Sequence record: SRR22947725_372
Strand: one strand, 5' to 3'
DNA length: 34,798 bases
Shown: piece after piece, positions 1 to 9,865 of the stretch
Layout: every line of letters begins with the position of its first letter
Position numbering within the stretch: the stretch's first letter is position 1
Notes under the pieces: generated by a model
Told to the model about the DNA's origin: nothing
What the model saw: the letters and a program-made list of their open reading frames with translations, nothing else
Databases searched by the model: none
Made by a program: the position numbers and the translations under genes

Positions 1-1406
1 CCAGCCCAATTTTTTTTATCATCTTTCGTCCATAAATGTTGAATAACTGCCCTGGATGATTTTCCATTTTCATATCTATACGTTCCTTCAATAACTCCTA
101 CTTTTGCCTTTATATCTCCTTGAACCCCTAAAGGACCTCCAAGTGCAACACCTTTATCTATTATAACATCCAACATTGTTATAGTAGTATTAAATTTATT
201 ATTCCATCTATTTTTTAATTCGAAATTAAAATCTCTGTAATATCTATTACCATCACCAATAAATTCTACGTCATAAGATTGATCTTGATTGAAATTTGAT
301 TCTATTGCAGCCCAATACGAAAAGTTTAATGCAATTTTAGATTTGTATTTTCCAAGAAAACTGTCTTTTTTAAATGTGTAGTAAAAATCTGTTTGTGAAC
401 CAACTTCACCAGATCTATTTTCTAATGCATTAATTACTAGCCTGGGTTGAGCACTATAAACGTAAATATTTGTAAGTAAATAGTCTTGTTGTTTTGTTAA
501 TGCAGGAGTGTAACTAATAGTTTGTTGATTATAGATATTTCCTTCTGCCAATCTATCGCTATAAAAATTGAAATTTTCTAATCTTCTAAACGTAGTATTT
601 AGTCCTAAACCTTTTTTTGAGTATCCCAAATCAAGTTGTAAAGCAGTTCCATCATATAATTTATTAGATAAAATTACACCCTCATTAGCTATCACATCAG
701 AATCCTTAATGATTCCCTCAAGGTTTAAGCTAAACCTACCAGAGTATAGATCAACTCTTGCACCAAGAGATTTTACATTAGCAGGAATTAAGTCATTAGT
801 AGAATTATTTTGATATCTGCCTACATAACTTGCGCCAATTGTTAAATCTGTTTTTTCAAAATTTAAAAACTTGTTTAAATTTAAGTTTGAGTCGACCCCT
901 TTTATAGTGGACTCATTTAACTCAAAGCCATTTCTTTGTTGTCCATAAATGGTAGTAAGATTAAAGCTTTCAGAAAACTTATATTTAAATTTTATTCCTT
1001 TGATAGCATTATTTATTCCTAGCTGTCTATTTTCCCATGATCTAAAAATTAATCCGTTACCAAACTGCCCATAAAAATAGCCCAAAGTAATATCAAATTT
1101 ATTTCTCTTAATGTTCATGAAATAAGATGCAATTCCATTTTCACCGTTATACTGTGGATAATAGCCAAGCATTGCACTTGGTAGATAACTTTCAAATTGA
1201 ATTCCGGTAGAGATATTGCCTATATTATAATTTAATTGGAAATAATTATTTGCTCTAAAATTATCATCTGGAGAAGTGAAATTTAAAGTGTTATCATCCT
1301 GCAATAGTTGAGAATTACTCTCGAAACTACCAAAAATGTTTTCATTATTTTGTGAAACTGTTGTTAGCGAAAATATTAGGCTAATAAAGAATAATATTTT
1401 GTTCAT
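1..1406 (-). CDS. DUF6029-family protein, probable outer-membrane beta-barrel (C-terminus runs off the window)
   Basis: Absent from the ORF track because no stop lies in the window. ATG at 1406; manual translation of both ends in one frame gives signal-like MNKILFFISLIFSLTVSQ, then GSFESNSQ..RANNYFQLNY..GYFYGQFGNGLIFRSWENRQLGINNAIKG, and QHLWTKDDKKNWA at the edge; these motifs recall DUF6029. Lies 4 bp downstream of tlpA. Confidence 0.8.
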   Translation of the reverse strand, partial: MNKILFFISLIFSLTTVSQNNENIFGSFESNSQLLQDDNTLNFTSPDDNFRANNYFQLNYNIGNISTGIQFESYLPSAMLGYYPQYNGENGIASYFMNIKRNKFDITLGYFYGQFGNGLIFRSWENRQLGINNAIKGIKFKYKFSESFNLTTIYGQQRNGFELNESTIKGVDSNLNLNKFLNFEKTDLTIGASYVGRYQNNSTNDLIPANVKSLGARVDLYSGRFSLNLEGIIKDSDVIANEGVILSNKLYDGTALQLDLGYSKKGLGLNTTFRRLENFNFYSDRLAEGNIYNQQTISYTPALTKQQDYLLTNIYVYSAQPRLVINALENRSGEVGSQTDFYYTFKKDSFLGKYKSKIALNFSYWAAIESNFNQDQSYDVEFIGDGNRYYRDFNFELKNRWNNKFNTTITMLDVIIDKGVALGGPLGVQGDIKAKVGVIEGTYRYENGKSSRAVIQHLWTKDDKKNWA

Positions 1407-1410
1407 ATAA

Positions 1411-1890
1411 TTATTTTAATTCTTTTATTTTGTCAAATAACTCAAATTCAACTCCAGCACTATAGCCAGAGTGTCTATACACGATTTTATTATTTTTAAC
1501 TATTAATGTTAATGGAATAGTTGAAGCTCCTAAAGCTCTTTGTAGTTCATTATTAGAATCTAAAAGAATAGTATATTCCCAACCTTTTCCGTTGACCATT
1601 GCATTAACTCGTTTAATTGTTCTACTATCGTCTGTAGAAATAGCGTATAAATCAAAATTTACTTCCTCTTTCCATTCTTCATAGTATTCACTAATTGCAT
1701 CTAATTCTTTTATACAGGGTACACACCAAGTTGCCCACAGAGATACTACAGCAATTTTATCATTATCAGAAATTGCTTGTAAATTTATCTCATTTCCATC
1801 CAAAGAATTTAAAGAAATATTGGGTAAAGTCGATTGAGAATTTACGGAAATTGAAAAAATAAAAGTTATTATAGTAAGTAATTTTTTCAT
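1411..1890 (-). CDS. TlpA/ResA-family exported thiol-disulfide reductase
   Basis: Signal peptide, WATWCVPC active site, thioredoxin-fold cis-Pro motif TIPLT. Confidence 0.9.
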   Translation of the reverse strand: MKKLLTIITFIFSISVNSQSTLPNISLNSLDGNEINLQAISDNDKIAVVSLWATWCVPCIKELDAISEYYEEWKEEVNFDLYAISTDDSRTIKRVNAMVNGKGWEYTILLDSNNELQRALGASTIPLTLIVKNNKIVYRHSGYSAGVEFELFDKIKELK

Positions 1891-1986
1891 TGTTTTTGGT
1901 TTTTGTAAATATACTCTGTTTTTTTAATAAAGAAAGAAAATTGAAAATATATGCTTAATTTCACAAACAATAAATTTATAAAAATT

Positions 1987-3012
1987 ATGAGACCCCCTTT
2001 AGTCTACACACTTATTTTTATTCTCATTTACAGTTGTAGTAAACCAGAATCCTTTAATGATTTACCAGCCCAACAGCACACCTTATTACCTGGCCTAAAT
2101 GTTGAGTCATCTTATCTGAAGGATCAGCTTATTTCTTTTAATATGATAGATTCTGAAGGAAATAATATTACATCAAGCACTAGCTTCATAGTAGATAACC
2201 AATTAATAAATGGAAATACAATTAGTTATGATGAGTTAGGTAATCATGAAGTGTATGCTGATTATACAATTGATTCACAAATTTACAGTACAGATTTATT
2301 AGTGTTTAATATAGTGGAGCCAATAAATAAAGTTGTTGTTGAAGACTATACAGGAACCTGGTGTGGTTATTGTCCACCTGTTGCACATGCAATTTATGAG
2401 CTAAAAGAGGTATATGATAATATAATTTCCGTTGGAATTCATAATAATGATGAACTTACCATTGATCAAGAATCAGACCTTAGATCTGAATTAGGTATTA
2501 GTGGTTTCCCATCAGCTAGATTAAACAGAACAATTTCATGGTTAGATCCATATCAAATTTCAGATGTGAATAGTCTTTTAAGTGAAGAAAATGATGTGGC
2601 TATCTCTATTAATTCAACTCTAGAAAATATTGAATTAGGAGTTGATTTAAGGATTGTTTCTAATGTTGAACTCGTCAATCATAAGTTAGTTATATACTTG
2701 GTAGAAAGTAATTTAATTTATGATCAATCTAATTATTTTAATTATGTAGAAGACAGCTACTTTTATAATCTAGGTAACCCTATAGAAAATTATTCTCATC
2801 AAGATGTTTTACGAAAATCTATAACAAATATTTCAGGAAATGCATTAGATATTATACAACCATTAAACGATTATAAATTTAATTTTAATGTCCAAATAAA
2901 CCCTGATTTTGTTGTAGAAAACTTAGCAATTGTAGCAATTGTAGTTGATTCAAATAATAATGCAATTAATTCACAGCTTGGTGTAGTTAACTCATTTCAA
3001 GACTTTAATTAA
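1987..3012 (+). CDS. Omp28-related outer-membrane lipoprotein with a thioredoxin-like CxxC domain
   Basis: Start moved to ATG 1987 (MRPPLVYTLIFILIYSC, lipobox); VVVEDYTGTWCGYCP, GFPS and HQDVLR motifs typical of the Omp28 family. Confidence 0.82.
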   Translation: MRPPLVYTLIFILIYSCSKPESFNDLPAQQHTLLPGLNVESSYLKDQLISFNMIDSEGNNITSSTSFIVDNQLINGNTISYDELGNHEVYADYTIDSQIYSTDLLVFNIVEPINKVVVEDYTGTWCGYCPPVAHAIYELKEVYDNIISVGIHNNDELTIDQESDLRSELGISGFPSARLNRTISWLDPYQISDVNSLLSEENDVAISINSTLENIELGVDLRIVSNVELVNHKLVIYLVESNLIYDQSNYFNYVEDSYFYNLGNPIENYSHQDVLRKSITNISGNALDIIQPLNDYKFNFNVQINPDFVVENLAIVAIVVDSNNNAINSQLGVVNSFQDFN

Positions 3013-4637
3013 TTGCCTAAAAAAGGATACCTGTAATCTGTAGGAGTTACAAAAGTTTCTTTAATTAATCTTGGAGATACCCATCTTAATAAATTAAGAA
3101 CGCTTCCAGCTTTATCATTTGTTCCTGAGCCTCTAGCTCCACCAAATGGTTGTTGTCCAACAACTGCACCGGTTGGTTTATCATTTATATAAAAATTACC
3201 TGCACAGTTTTGTAAGATTTTAGTGGCGTTGTCGATTGCATATCTGTCAGTCGCTAAAATAGCTCCAGTCAGAGCATACTCACTAGTTGAATCAACTAAA
3301 TTTAAAGTTTTATCAAATTCATCGTCTTTAAAAATATAAATAGTCATTACAGGTCCAAAAATCTCCTCATGCATAGTTTTGTAATTTGGATTTGAGGTGA
3401 CTATTACAGTAGGTTCTACAAAATATCCTTTTGATTTGTCATACTTTCCGCCAGCAATAATTTCAGTTTCTGAATCATTTTTAGCATCATCTATATATTT
3501 TGCAATTTTATCAAACGAATTTTCATGAATTACTGCAGTTACAAAATTATTAGTATCAGCAGGTGACCCCATTGTTATGGAATTTAAATCTGAAATAAGA
3601 TTACTTTTAACTTCAGTCCACAAAGACTCTGATACATAACTTCTTGATGCAGCACTACATTTTTGTCCTTGAAATTCAAAAGCACCTCTAACAATTGCAG
3701 TTGAGACTTGAGCAGGAATTGCACTTTTATGTGCAACTATAAAATCCTTACCACCTGTTTCTCCAACAATTTTTGGATATGTTTTATAGTTAGAAATATT
3801 TTCTCCTATATTTTTCCAAAGCTTTTTGAATATGTTGGTAGACCCAGTAAAATGAAGTCCACTAAAATCTGGACTACTTAATACTGTTTTTGTAATCATT
3901 TCTGGATCGCCAAAAACAACATTAATCACTCCATCAGGAACACCAGCTTCTTTAAACACATCCATTATTATTTTGGCTGAATAAATTTGACTGTCACTAG
4001 GTTTCCATACTACAACATTTCCTAGCATTGCCATACATGCTGGAAGATTACCAGCAATAGCTGTGAAATTAAATGGGGTAACAGCATATACAAAACCTTC
4101 TAAAGGTCTATACTCAACTCTGTTCCAAAAGTCTGATGTACTCTCAGGCTGATTGCTATAAATGTCAGTTACAAATTGAACATTAAATCTTAAAAAGTCT
4201 ATAAATTCACATGAAGCATCTATTTCTGCTTGATGAATAGTTTTAGATTGGGCGATCATTGTTGCTGCATTAATTTTTGATCTATATGGTCCAGCGATTA
4301 ATTCTGCAGCTTTTAGAAAAATTGCTGACCTTTGTTCCCATGGAAGATTAGCCCATTTTTTTCGAGCAGATAAACACCCGCTGATAGCTTGATCAACGTG
4401 AGTTTTTTCAGCTAGAAAATATTTTCCAACTATATGTTTGTGATCGTGAGGTGGTGAAATCAGTTTGTAATTACTGGTTATGATATTTTTTCCATTGATA
4501 TAAAATGGTATATCAATGTTGCTATTAAACATTTTATTGTAACAATCTATAACTTCATTTTTGTGTTTTGAGCCTGGTTCGTATGATCTTACAGGTTCAT
4601 TAATTGCTAAGGGAACTTTAAAAAATCCTTTACTCAT
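3009..4637 (-). CDS. pruA: L-glutamate gamma-semialdehyde (1-pyrroline-5-carboxylate) dehydrogenase, monofunctional
   Basis: ALDH motifs PFNF, WKPS, FTGS, GETGGKD, FEFQGQKCSA, EEIFGP, QQPFGG, SGTNDKAGS. Confidence 0.96.
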   Translation of the reverse strand: MSKGFFKVPLAINEPVRSYEPGSKHKNEVIDCYNKMFNSNIDIPFYINGKNIITSNYKLISPPHDHKHIVGKYFLAEKTHVDQAISGCLSARKKWANLPWEQRSAIFLKAAELIAGPYRSKINAATMIAQSKTIHQAEIDASCEFIDFLRFNVQFVTDIYSNQPESTSDFWNRVEYRPLEGFVYAVTPFNFTAIAGNLPACMAMLGNVVVWKPSDSQIYSAKIIMDVFKEAGVPDGVINVVFGDPEMITKTVLSSPDFSGLHFTGSTNIFKKLWKNIGENISNYKTYPKIVGETGGKDFIVAHKSAIPAQVSTAIVRGAFEFQGQKCSAASRSYVSESLWTEVKSNLISDLNSITMGSPADTNNFVTAVIHENSFDKIAKYIDDAKNDSETEIIAGGKYDKSKGYFVEPTVIVTSNPNYKTMHEEIFGPVMTIYIFKDDEFDKTLNLVDSTSEYALTGAILATDRYAIDNATKILQNCAGNFYINDKPTGAVVGQQPFGGARGSGTNDKAGSVLNLLRWVSPRLIKETFVTPTDYRYPFLGN

Positions 4638-4670
4638 CTAAAAATATTTATTGAATTAATAATATTACTT

Positions 4671-4678
4671 CAAAGTTA
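4671..4678 (-). promoter_or_regulatory. Bacteroidota -7 promoter element for pruA
   Basis: Minus-strand TAACTTTG matches TAnnTTTG, about 35 bp upstream of the pruA ATG. Confidence 0.6.
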
Positions 4679-4700
4679 AACATAAAAAAACTAAAGGAAA

Positions 4701-5087
4701 CTAATTAAGAGCAAAAGGAGCACTTAGTTTAAAAGATGGTATAGTTACATTAAATTTTCTTGTTGTAGTTAGATCAATCATCTTGTAATGACCTTTCATG
4801 GATCCAAAAGGAGATAATAATAAACATCCAGAATTGTAAACATGTGTATCTCCAGGATTGAGGACAGGTTTTTTGCCAATGACTCCTTCACCATCTACAT
4901 TTTCATTTTTATTTAATGAATCTAAAATTGTCCAGTGTCTGGAGTTTAATTGAACAGTATCTTTACTTCTGTTCTCAATAGTTACAACATAGCCGAATGC
5001 AAAATGAATTTTATGGTTCTTGTAAAAAGTACCTTCAAAATTTTGTTTAACTTCAATTTTTATTCCTCTTGTAACCTGTTGAACCAT
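4701..5087 (-). CDS. apaG: ApaG protein
   Basis: VQLNSRHWTI..VDGEGVIGKKPVL..YNSGC..GSMKGHY ApaG signature, 128 aa. Confidence 0.95.
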   Translation of the reverse strand: MVQQVTRGIKIEVKQNFEGTFYKNHKIHFAFGYVVTIENRSKDTVQLNSRHWTILDSLNKNENVDGEGVIGKKPVLNPGDTHVYNSGCLLLSPFGSMKGHYKMIDLTTTRKFNVTIPSFKLSAPFALN

Positions 5088-5154
5088 TGTGTTTTTTTAT
5101 TCCAAATAAAAGTAATTAAAAAAAATCATTAGTTAAATAAAAAAAACATTTTTA

Positions 5155-6402
5155 TTAGTTGTTTATCTTAATCGAGTTAATAGTATTATAACCTATTACT
5201 CTGTCGTACCTTGATCCATAATCTCTGTAGTATACAATAACTTTATAATTGTTCTCTGTTTCATCAAAATTACCAGAAATATAGCCCTCAAGTTCTTTGT
5301 TTGAATTATCTAGTACAGAATATTTATAGTTGTAAAACCCTTGTTTTAACTTTAAACTAAGCTCGTAATTATTTCTTAAATTATTATAAGTCATTTGGTT
5401 TGAACTATTTAACTGATAACCATTAAAATTACCAGAAACATATACAGATTTGCCACTGTCAAGCTTATCAATATTTAAGTAAAAATGAACTTTAGCATAG
5501 TCTGCTTCAATGTCTGTGTCCTGCGCATCTAAAGATGTAATTAAAAAATTACCATTAATATCAGGGTTGTATGTATACGTGCTATTATTTCTTGGATTAT
5601 CCGGATATAAGTAATTATGATATATATCCTTGAGATCAAAGGTTCTTATGTTTATATCAGAACCTCTTAAATTTTTATTTTCAAAATATAAAAATTCATT
5701 TCCACCCATAAAACTAGCCTCGGAATCATATTTATAAACTAATCTATTTCCTAATGTGTATTGAGGTTTTAAATTATTAATTGAATTATTTAAATTATTA
5801 TTTTGTATGATTAATGTTTTGATGTTTTTTAGTGGATTATTAATATTAGATGTTGCTTTTACTTCAAACTGCACAACCTGTTTTTTGTTAATATTATTTA
5901 AATCTCTGCTTCTAAAAATATCAATTTTAACTGAGGATAGAGATTCATAAACTATAATTTTTTTAGAAAAAACTACTTCTTCATAATCATTTAATATTGA
6001 AACTATATAATTCCCAGATTTAATAATTTTAGTTTCTTGATTTGGTATCGTTAAATTATAGTGGCTATAAATTTGATATGTATTGAATGAATTTTTGTAG
6101 TTATAGATTTTTGAATTATCATAACCTTTTAGGTATTCAGATTTAGATAATTGAGATTTTGTCCAATCGAAATTATAATGATCAATTTTGTAATAATAAT
6201 CATCTTCATAGCCGTTTAACACATCAAATTCAATTGAAAATGAGTTTCCTAGTCTAATGACTGGAAAACCAATTTGGTTTGAATCATCATTAAAAGTAAT
6301 GGTTTTTATTTGTTCAGGGGGAAGTATTTCAAACGCCTCTTGAGATAACAAAGAAAAAGAATATAGTAAACAAAAAGTTATTGATGTTAAAGATTTAAAC
6401 AT
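5155..6402 (-). CDS. DUF5103 domain protein, probable type IX secretion system plug homologue
   Basis: Signal peptide; SFNT..YSHY, SGNY, GGNEF, DINGNF, EADYAKVHF, LKQGFYNYKY, ETENNY, YDRVIG motifs recalled for DUF5103. Confidence 0.8.
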   Translation of the reverse strand: MFKSLTSITFCLLYSFSLLSQEAFEILPPEQIKTITFNDDSNQIGFPVIRLGNSFSIEFDVLNGYEDDYYYKIDHYNFDWTKSQLSKSEYLKGYDNSKIYNYKNSFNTYQIYSHYNLTIPNQETKIIKSGNYIVSILNDYEEVVFSKKIIVYESLSSVKIDIFRSRDLNNINKKQVVQFEVKATSNINNPLKNIKTLIIQNNNLNNSINNLKPQYTLGNRLVYKYDSEASFMGGNEFLYFENKNLRGSDINIRTFDLKDIYHNYLYPDNPRNNSTYTYNPDINGNFLITSLDAQDTDIEADYAKVHFYLNIDKLDSGKSVYVSGNFNGYQLNSSNQMTYNNLRNNYELSLKLKQGFYNYKYSVLDNSNKELEGYISGNFDETENNYKVIVYYRDYGSRYDRVIGYNTINSIKINN

Positions 6403-6495
6403 GTTTCTATTTTTTAACTTTTTTTATACTAATTAATTGTAAAAATAATCAAAATTTTATGATCGAAATATTATGATAACTATAATATTAATTTG

Positions 6496-6503
6496 TATTT
6501 TTG
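6496..6503 (+). promoter_or_regulatory. Bacteroidota -7 promoter element for the nqr operon
   Basis: TATTTTTG(CA) matches TAnnTTTG, 36 bp before the nqrA ATG. Confidence 0.65.
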
Positions 6504-6539
6504 CAGCGATTTTAAACAATTATATTTACATTTTCAATT

Positions 6540-7892
6540 ATGTCTAATGACATCCATTTTAAAAAAGGTTTAGATATCAACCTAGTCGGAGAAGCTAATA
6601 AAGTTTTAGAACCTGCACAAAAAAGTAAATTTTATTCTGTACAACCATCTGATTTTCATGGAATTAATCCAAAACTTAATGTAAAGATATCTGATAATAT
6701 TTTGGCTGGAGATGTTTTATTTTACGACAAATCAGATGAATTATTAAAGTTTGTATCTCCAGTTTCTGGCAAAATTACAGAAATTATTAGAGGTGAAAAA
6801 AGAAAGATTCTTTCTATTAAAATTCTTGCTGATGAAAATCAAGTTTTCAAAAATTCTGGTAGTTTAAAAACATCTGCTAATAGAGAAGAAATAATTGAGT
6901 TTTTATTAAGTTCAGGATGTTGGCCTTTTATTATGCAAAGACCATATGCAGTTATAGCTAACTATAAATCTACACCTAAGTCTATTTTTATATCTGGATA
7001 TTCTTCAGAACCATTATCTGCTGATCTTGATTTTACTCTAAAAGATAATAAAAAAGAAATTCAAGAGGCCGTAAGTATTTTAGATAAATTGACCGATGGT
7101 AATGTAAATGTTTCAATTGAAAAATCGTCAGATTCAATTTTTAGAGAAATTAAAGACATAGTTATATATAATGTTTCTGGTCCTCATCCCAGTGGGAATG
7201 TTGGAAGTTTAATTAATAAAGTAGATCCTGTTAATAAAGGTGAAACTGTTTGGACTCTCTCTGCTCATGATTTAGTTATTATAGGCCACATGATATTGAC
7301 AGGAGAATTTAAAGCAGAAAGAATAATATCTCTTTCAGGTTCTTCCATTGAAGACCCAAGATATTTTAAAACCACTATTGGTTGTCAAATTGATTCAATC
7401 ACAAAAAATAATGTTATTAATCAAAATGATAATAATAGAATTATTTCCGGTACTATTTTGTCCGGTAAGAAAATTGACTCTGATGGACATATGGATTATT
7501 ATAGTAACTCAGTAACTGTTATTCCCGAAGGTGATGATTATGAATTGTTTGGTTGGACTAAGCCAGTATTTAATAAAGTATCAGTTTCTAGAGCTTTAAC
7601 ATTCTCTTGGCTCTTTCCAAACAAAAAATATGATTTAACAACAAATACTAATGGTGAACATAGAGCTTTTGTTACAACAGGTACTTATGAAAAAGTTTTT
7701 CCTCTAGATATATTTCCAATGCATATTTTAAAAGCATGTATGTATAATGATCTTGATGAGATGGAGGCTTTGGGAATGTATGAAGTTGCCCCTGAAGATT
7801 TTGCATTAACAGAATTTGTTTGTGTATCAAAACAACCTCATCAAAAGATAATTAGAGAAGGGTTAGATTTAATGAAAAAAGAAATAGGATAA
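6540..7892 (+). CDS. nqrA: Na+-translocating NADH:quinone reductase subunit A
   Basis: KKGLDINLVG, SPVSG..RGEKR, GPHPSGNVG, EVAPEDFALTEFVCVSK; first gene of the nqr cluster. Confidence 0.95.
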   Translation: MSNDIHFKKGLDINLVGEANKVLEPAQKSKFYSVQPSDFHGINPKLNVKISDNILAGDVLFYDKSDELLKFVSPVSGKITEIIRGEKRKILSIKILADENQVFKNSGSLKTSANREEIIEFLLSSGCWPFIMQRPYAVIANYKSTPKSIFISGYSSEPLSADLDFTLKDNKKEIQEAVSILDKLTDGNVNVSIEKSSDSIFREIKDIVIYNVSGPHPSGNVGSLINKVDPVNKGETVWTLSAHDLVIIGHMILTGEFKAERIISLSGSSIEDPRYFKTTIGCQIDSITKNNVINQNDNNRIISGTILSGKKIDSDGHMDYYSNSVTVIPEGDDYELFGWTKPVFNKVSVSRALTFSWLFPNKKYDLTTNTNGEHRAFVTTGTYEKVFPLDIFPMHILKACMYNDLDEMEALGMYEVAPEDFALTEFVCVSKQPHQKIIREGLDLMKKEIG

Positions 7893-7895
7893 TTA

Positions 7896-9107
7896 ATGGG
7901 ATTAAAATCAACATTACATAACTTAAAAGAAAAGTATAAAGGCCAAAAAATGGCTCCTGCATTCAATGCATTACATACATTTTTATACCTGCCTAATGAA
8001 GTTACTCATGGTGGAACTCATATAAAAGCAGCAGATGATTTAAAAAGAACAATGAACACGGTAATTTTATCATTAGTTCCTTGTCTTATTTTTGGAATGT
8101 TTAATGCCGGTTATCAACATTATAGAGCCATCGAAATTGCTAATGGAATTGTTAGAGAAGTATCCTTATTTGGCAATTTTATCACTTGGGATAATCTTAT
8201 TTTAGGTGCAATTACTGTACTTCCTTTGGTGATTGTATCATATGCGGTCGGACTAGCTGTCGAGTTTTTATTTGCTGTAATTAAAGGTCATGAGGTAGAA
8301 GAAGGTTATTTAGTTACAGGAATGTTAGTTCCTCTTATTGTTCCTATAGACATTCCATTATGGATGTTAGCTGTAGCAGTTATTTTTGGTGTTGTTATTG
8401 GAAAGGAAGTTTTTGGTGGTACCGGAATGAATATTCTCAATCCAGCTCTTACAATTCGCGCATTTTTATTTTTTGCGTATCCTACATGGATGAGTGGTGA
8501 TAAAGTATGGGTTCATGAAGCTGTAGATAGAGCGGGAACATCTGAAGCTATTTCTGGTGAAACTATTTTGGGTAGTTATGCTCAAAATCAAGATATTATT
8601 TATTCATTATCCGAGATGTTCTATGGATTTATTCCTGGTTCAGTTGGAGAAACTTCCAAGTTATTAATTATTTTAGGAGCCTTAGTATTAATTTTTACAA
8701 AAATTGGTAGCTGGAGAATTATATTTAGTACAATTTTAGGTGCTTTATTTATGGGTGTAATATTTAACCTTGTTGTTGATGCAGAATTGATTTCAGAATC
8801 TAGTAAGTTTTATGGATTAATGAGTGTTCCTTATTGGCAACATTTATTGATTGGTAGTATTTTATTTGGTGCTGTATTTATGGCTACAGACCCAGTTAGT
8901 GCATCACAAACAAATAAAGGGAAATGGATATACGGATTTTTAATTGGTTTCATATCAATTATGATTAGAGTATTCAACCCTGCATATCCTGAAGGTGTAT
9001 TCTTAGCAATATTATTAATGAATGTATTTGCACCAACAATTGATCACTATGTTGTTAAAGCAAATGTTAAAAACAGACTTAATAGGTTAAAAACTAAAAC
9101 AGCTTAA
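7896..9107 (+). CDS. nqrB: Na+-NQR subunit B
   Basis: DLKRTM, KEVFGGTGMNILNPAL, PGSVGETS, FMATDPVS, NPAYPEG; polytopic membrane protein. Confidence 0.96.
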   Translation: MGLKSTLHNLKEKYKGQKMAPAFNALHTFLYLPNEVTHGGTHIKAADDLKRTMNTVILSLVPCLIFGMFNAGYQHYRAIEIANGIVREVSLFGNFITWDNLILGAITVLPLVIVSYAVGLAVEFLFAVIKGHEVEEGYLVTGMLVPLIVPIDIPLWMLAVAVIFGVVIGKEVFGGTGMNILNPALTIRAFLFFAYPTWMSGDKVWVHEAVDRAGTSEAISGETILGSYAQNQDIIYSLSEMFYGFIPGSVGETSKLLIILGALVLIFTKIGSWRIIFSTILGALFMGVIFNLVVDAELISESSKFYGLMSVPYWQHLLIGSILFGAVFMATDPVSASQTNKGKWIYGFLIGFISIMIRVFNPAYPEGVFLAILLMNVFAPTIDHYVVKANVKNRLNRLKTKTA

Positions 9108-9109
9108 TA

Positions 9110-9862
9110 ATGGAAAAGAGGACTGATAAAAATTTATATACGCTTTTATTTGCAACCGGAATGGTAATTGTTGTGGGTTCTTTATTAGCATTTTTGGCTT
9201 CTTCTTTAAAGCCAAGAATTAATGAAAATAAAAGAATAGAAAAGCAACAAAATATACTTTATGCTATGGGAGTTCATGAAAATGAAGGTAATAGTGTTGC
9301 TTTTGTAGAGGACAGTAAAGTCGCTGATGAGTTTTCAAAATATATAAAAACCCAATTAGTGATAACTGATGGTTTGAATATTATTGAGGATAATGATGCT
9401 TATCTAATTGATATTAAAAAAGAACAAACAAAAGCTAAAGCTGGTGAGTCACGTAAATTACCATTATTTGTTGGTGAAAAAGACGGAAAAACTTTTTATG
9501 TAGCTCCAATTAGAGGTAAGGGATTATGGGATGCTGTCTGGGCCTATATTGCTATGGATGAAAATATGATAGTTCAAGGTGCATATTTTGATCATCAAGC
9601 TGAAACCGCAGGTCTAGGTGCAAATATTAAACAAAGATTTTTTATGGATGATTTCATTGGAGAACATCTTCTTGATGAAAACGGTGTTTTTAAAGGCATT
9701 ACCGTATCTAAAAGTAATGCAGATCCCACAAATAAAATCAAAGATGATAATGAAGTTGATGCAATCGCTGGTGCTACAATAACAGGAGATGGTGTTTCAG
9801 CAATGATAAAAAAGGATCTTAAATTGTATCAACCATATTTTGATAACTTAAAAACCAATTAG
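9110..9862 (+). CDS. nqrC: Na+-NQR subunit C
   Basis: Single N-terminal TM helix, GKGLW, ETAGLGA, FMN attachment motif DAIAGATIT. Confidence 0.95.
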   Translation: MEKRTDKNLYTLLFATGMVIVVGSLLAFLASSLKPRINENKRIEKQQNILYAMGVHENEGNSVAFVEDSKVADEFSKYIKTQLVITDGLNIIEDNDAYLIDIKKEQTKAKAGESRKLPLFVGEKDGKTFYVAPIRGKGLWDAVWAYIAMDENMIVQGAYFDHQAETAGLGANIKQRFFMDDFIGEHLLDENGVFKGITVSKSNADPTNKIKDDNEVDAIAGATITGDGVSAMIKKDLKLYQPYFDNLKTN

Positions 9863-9865
9863 TAT

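Noticed and set aside
568..813. 81-aa plus-strand ORF
   Set aside because: Antisense shadow of the DUF6029 gene that the ORF track missed; no motifs.
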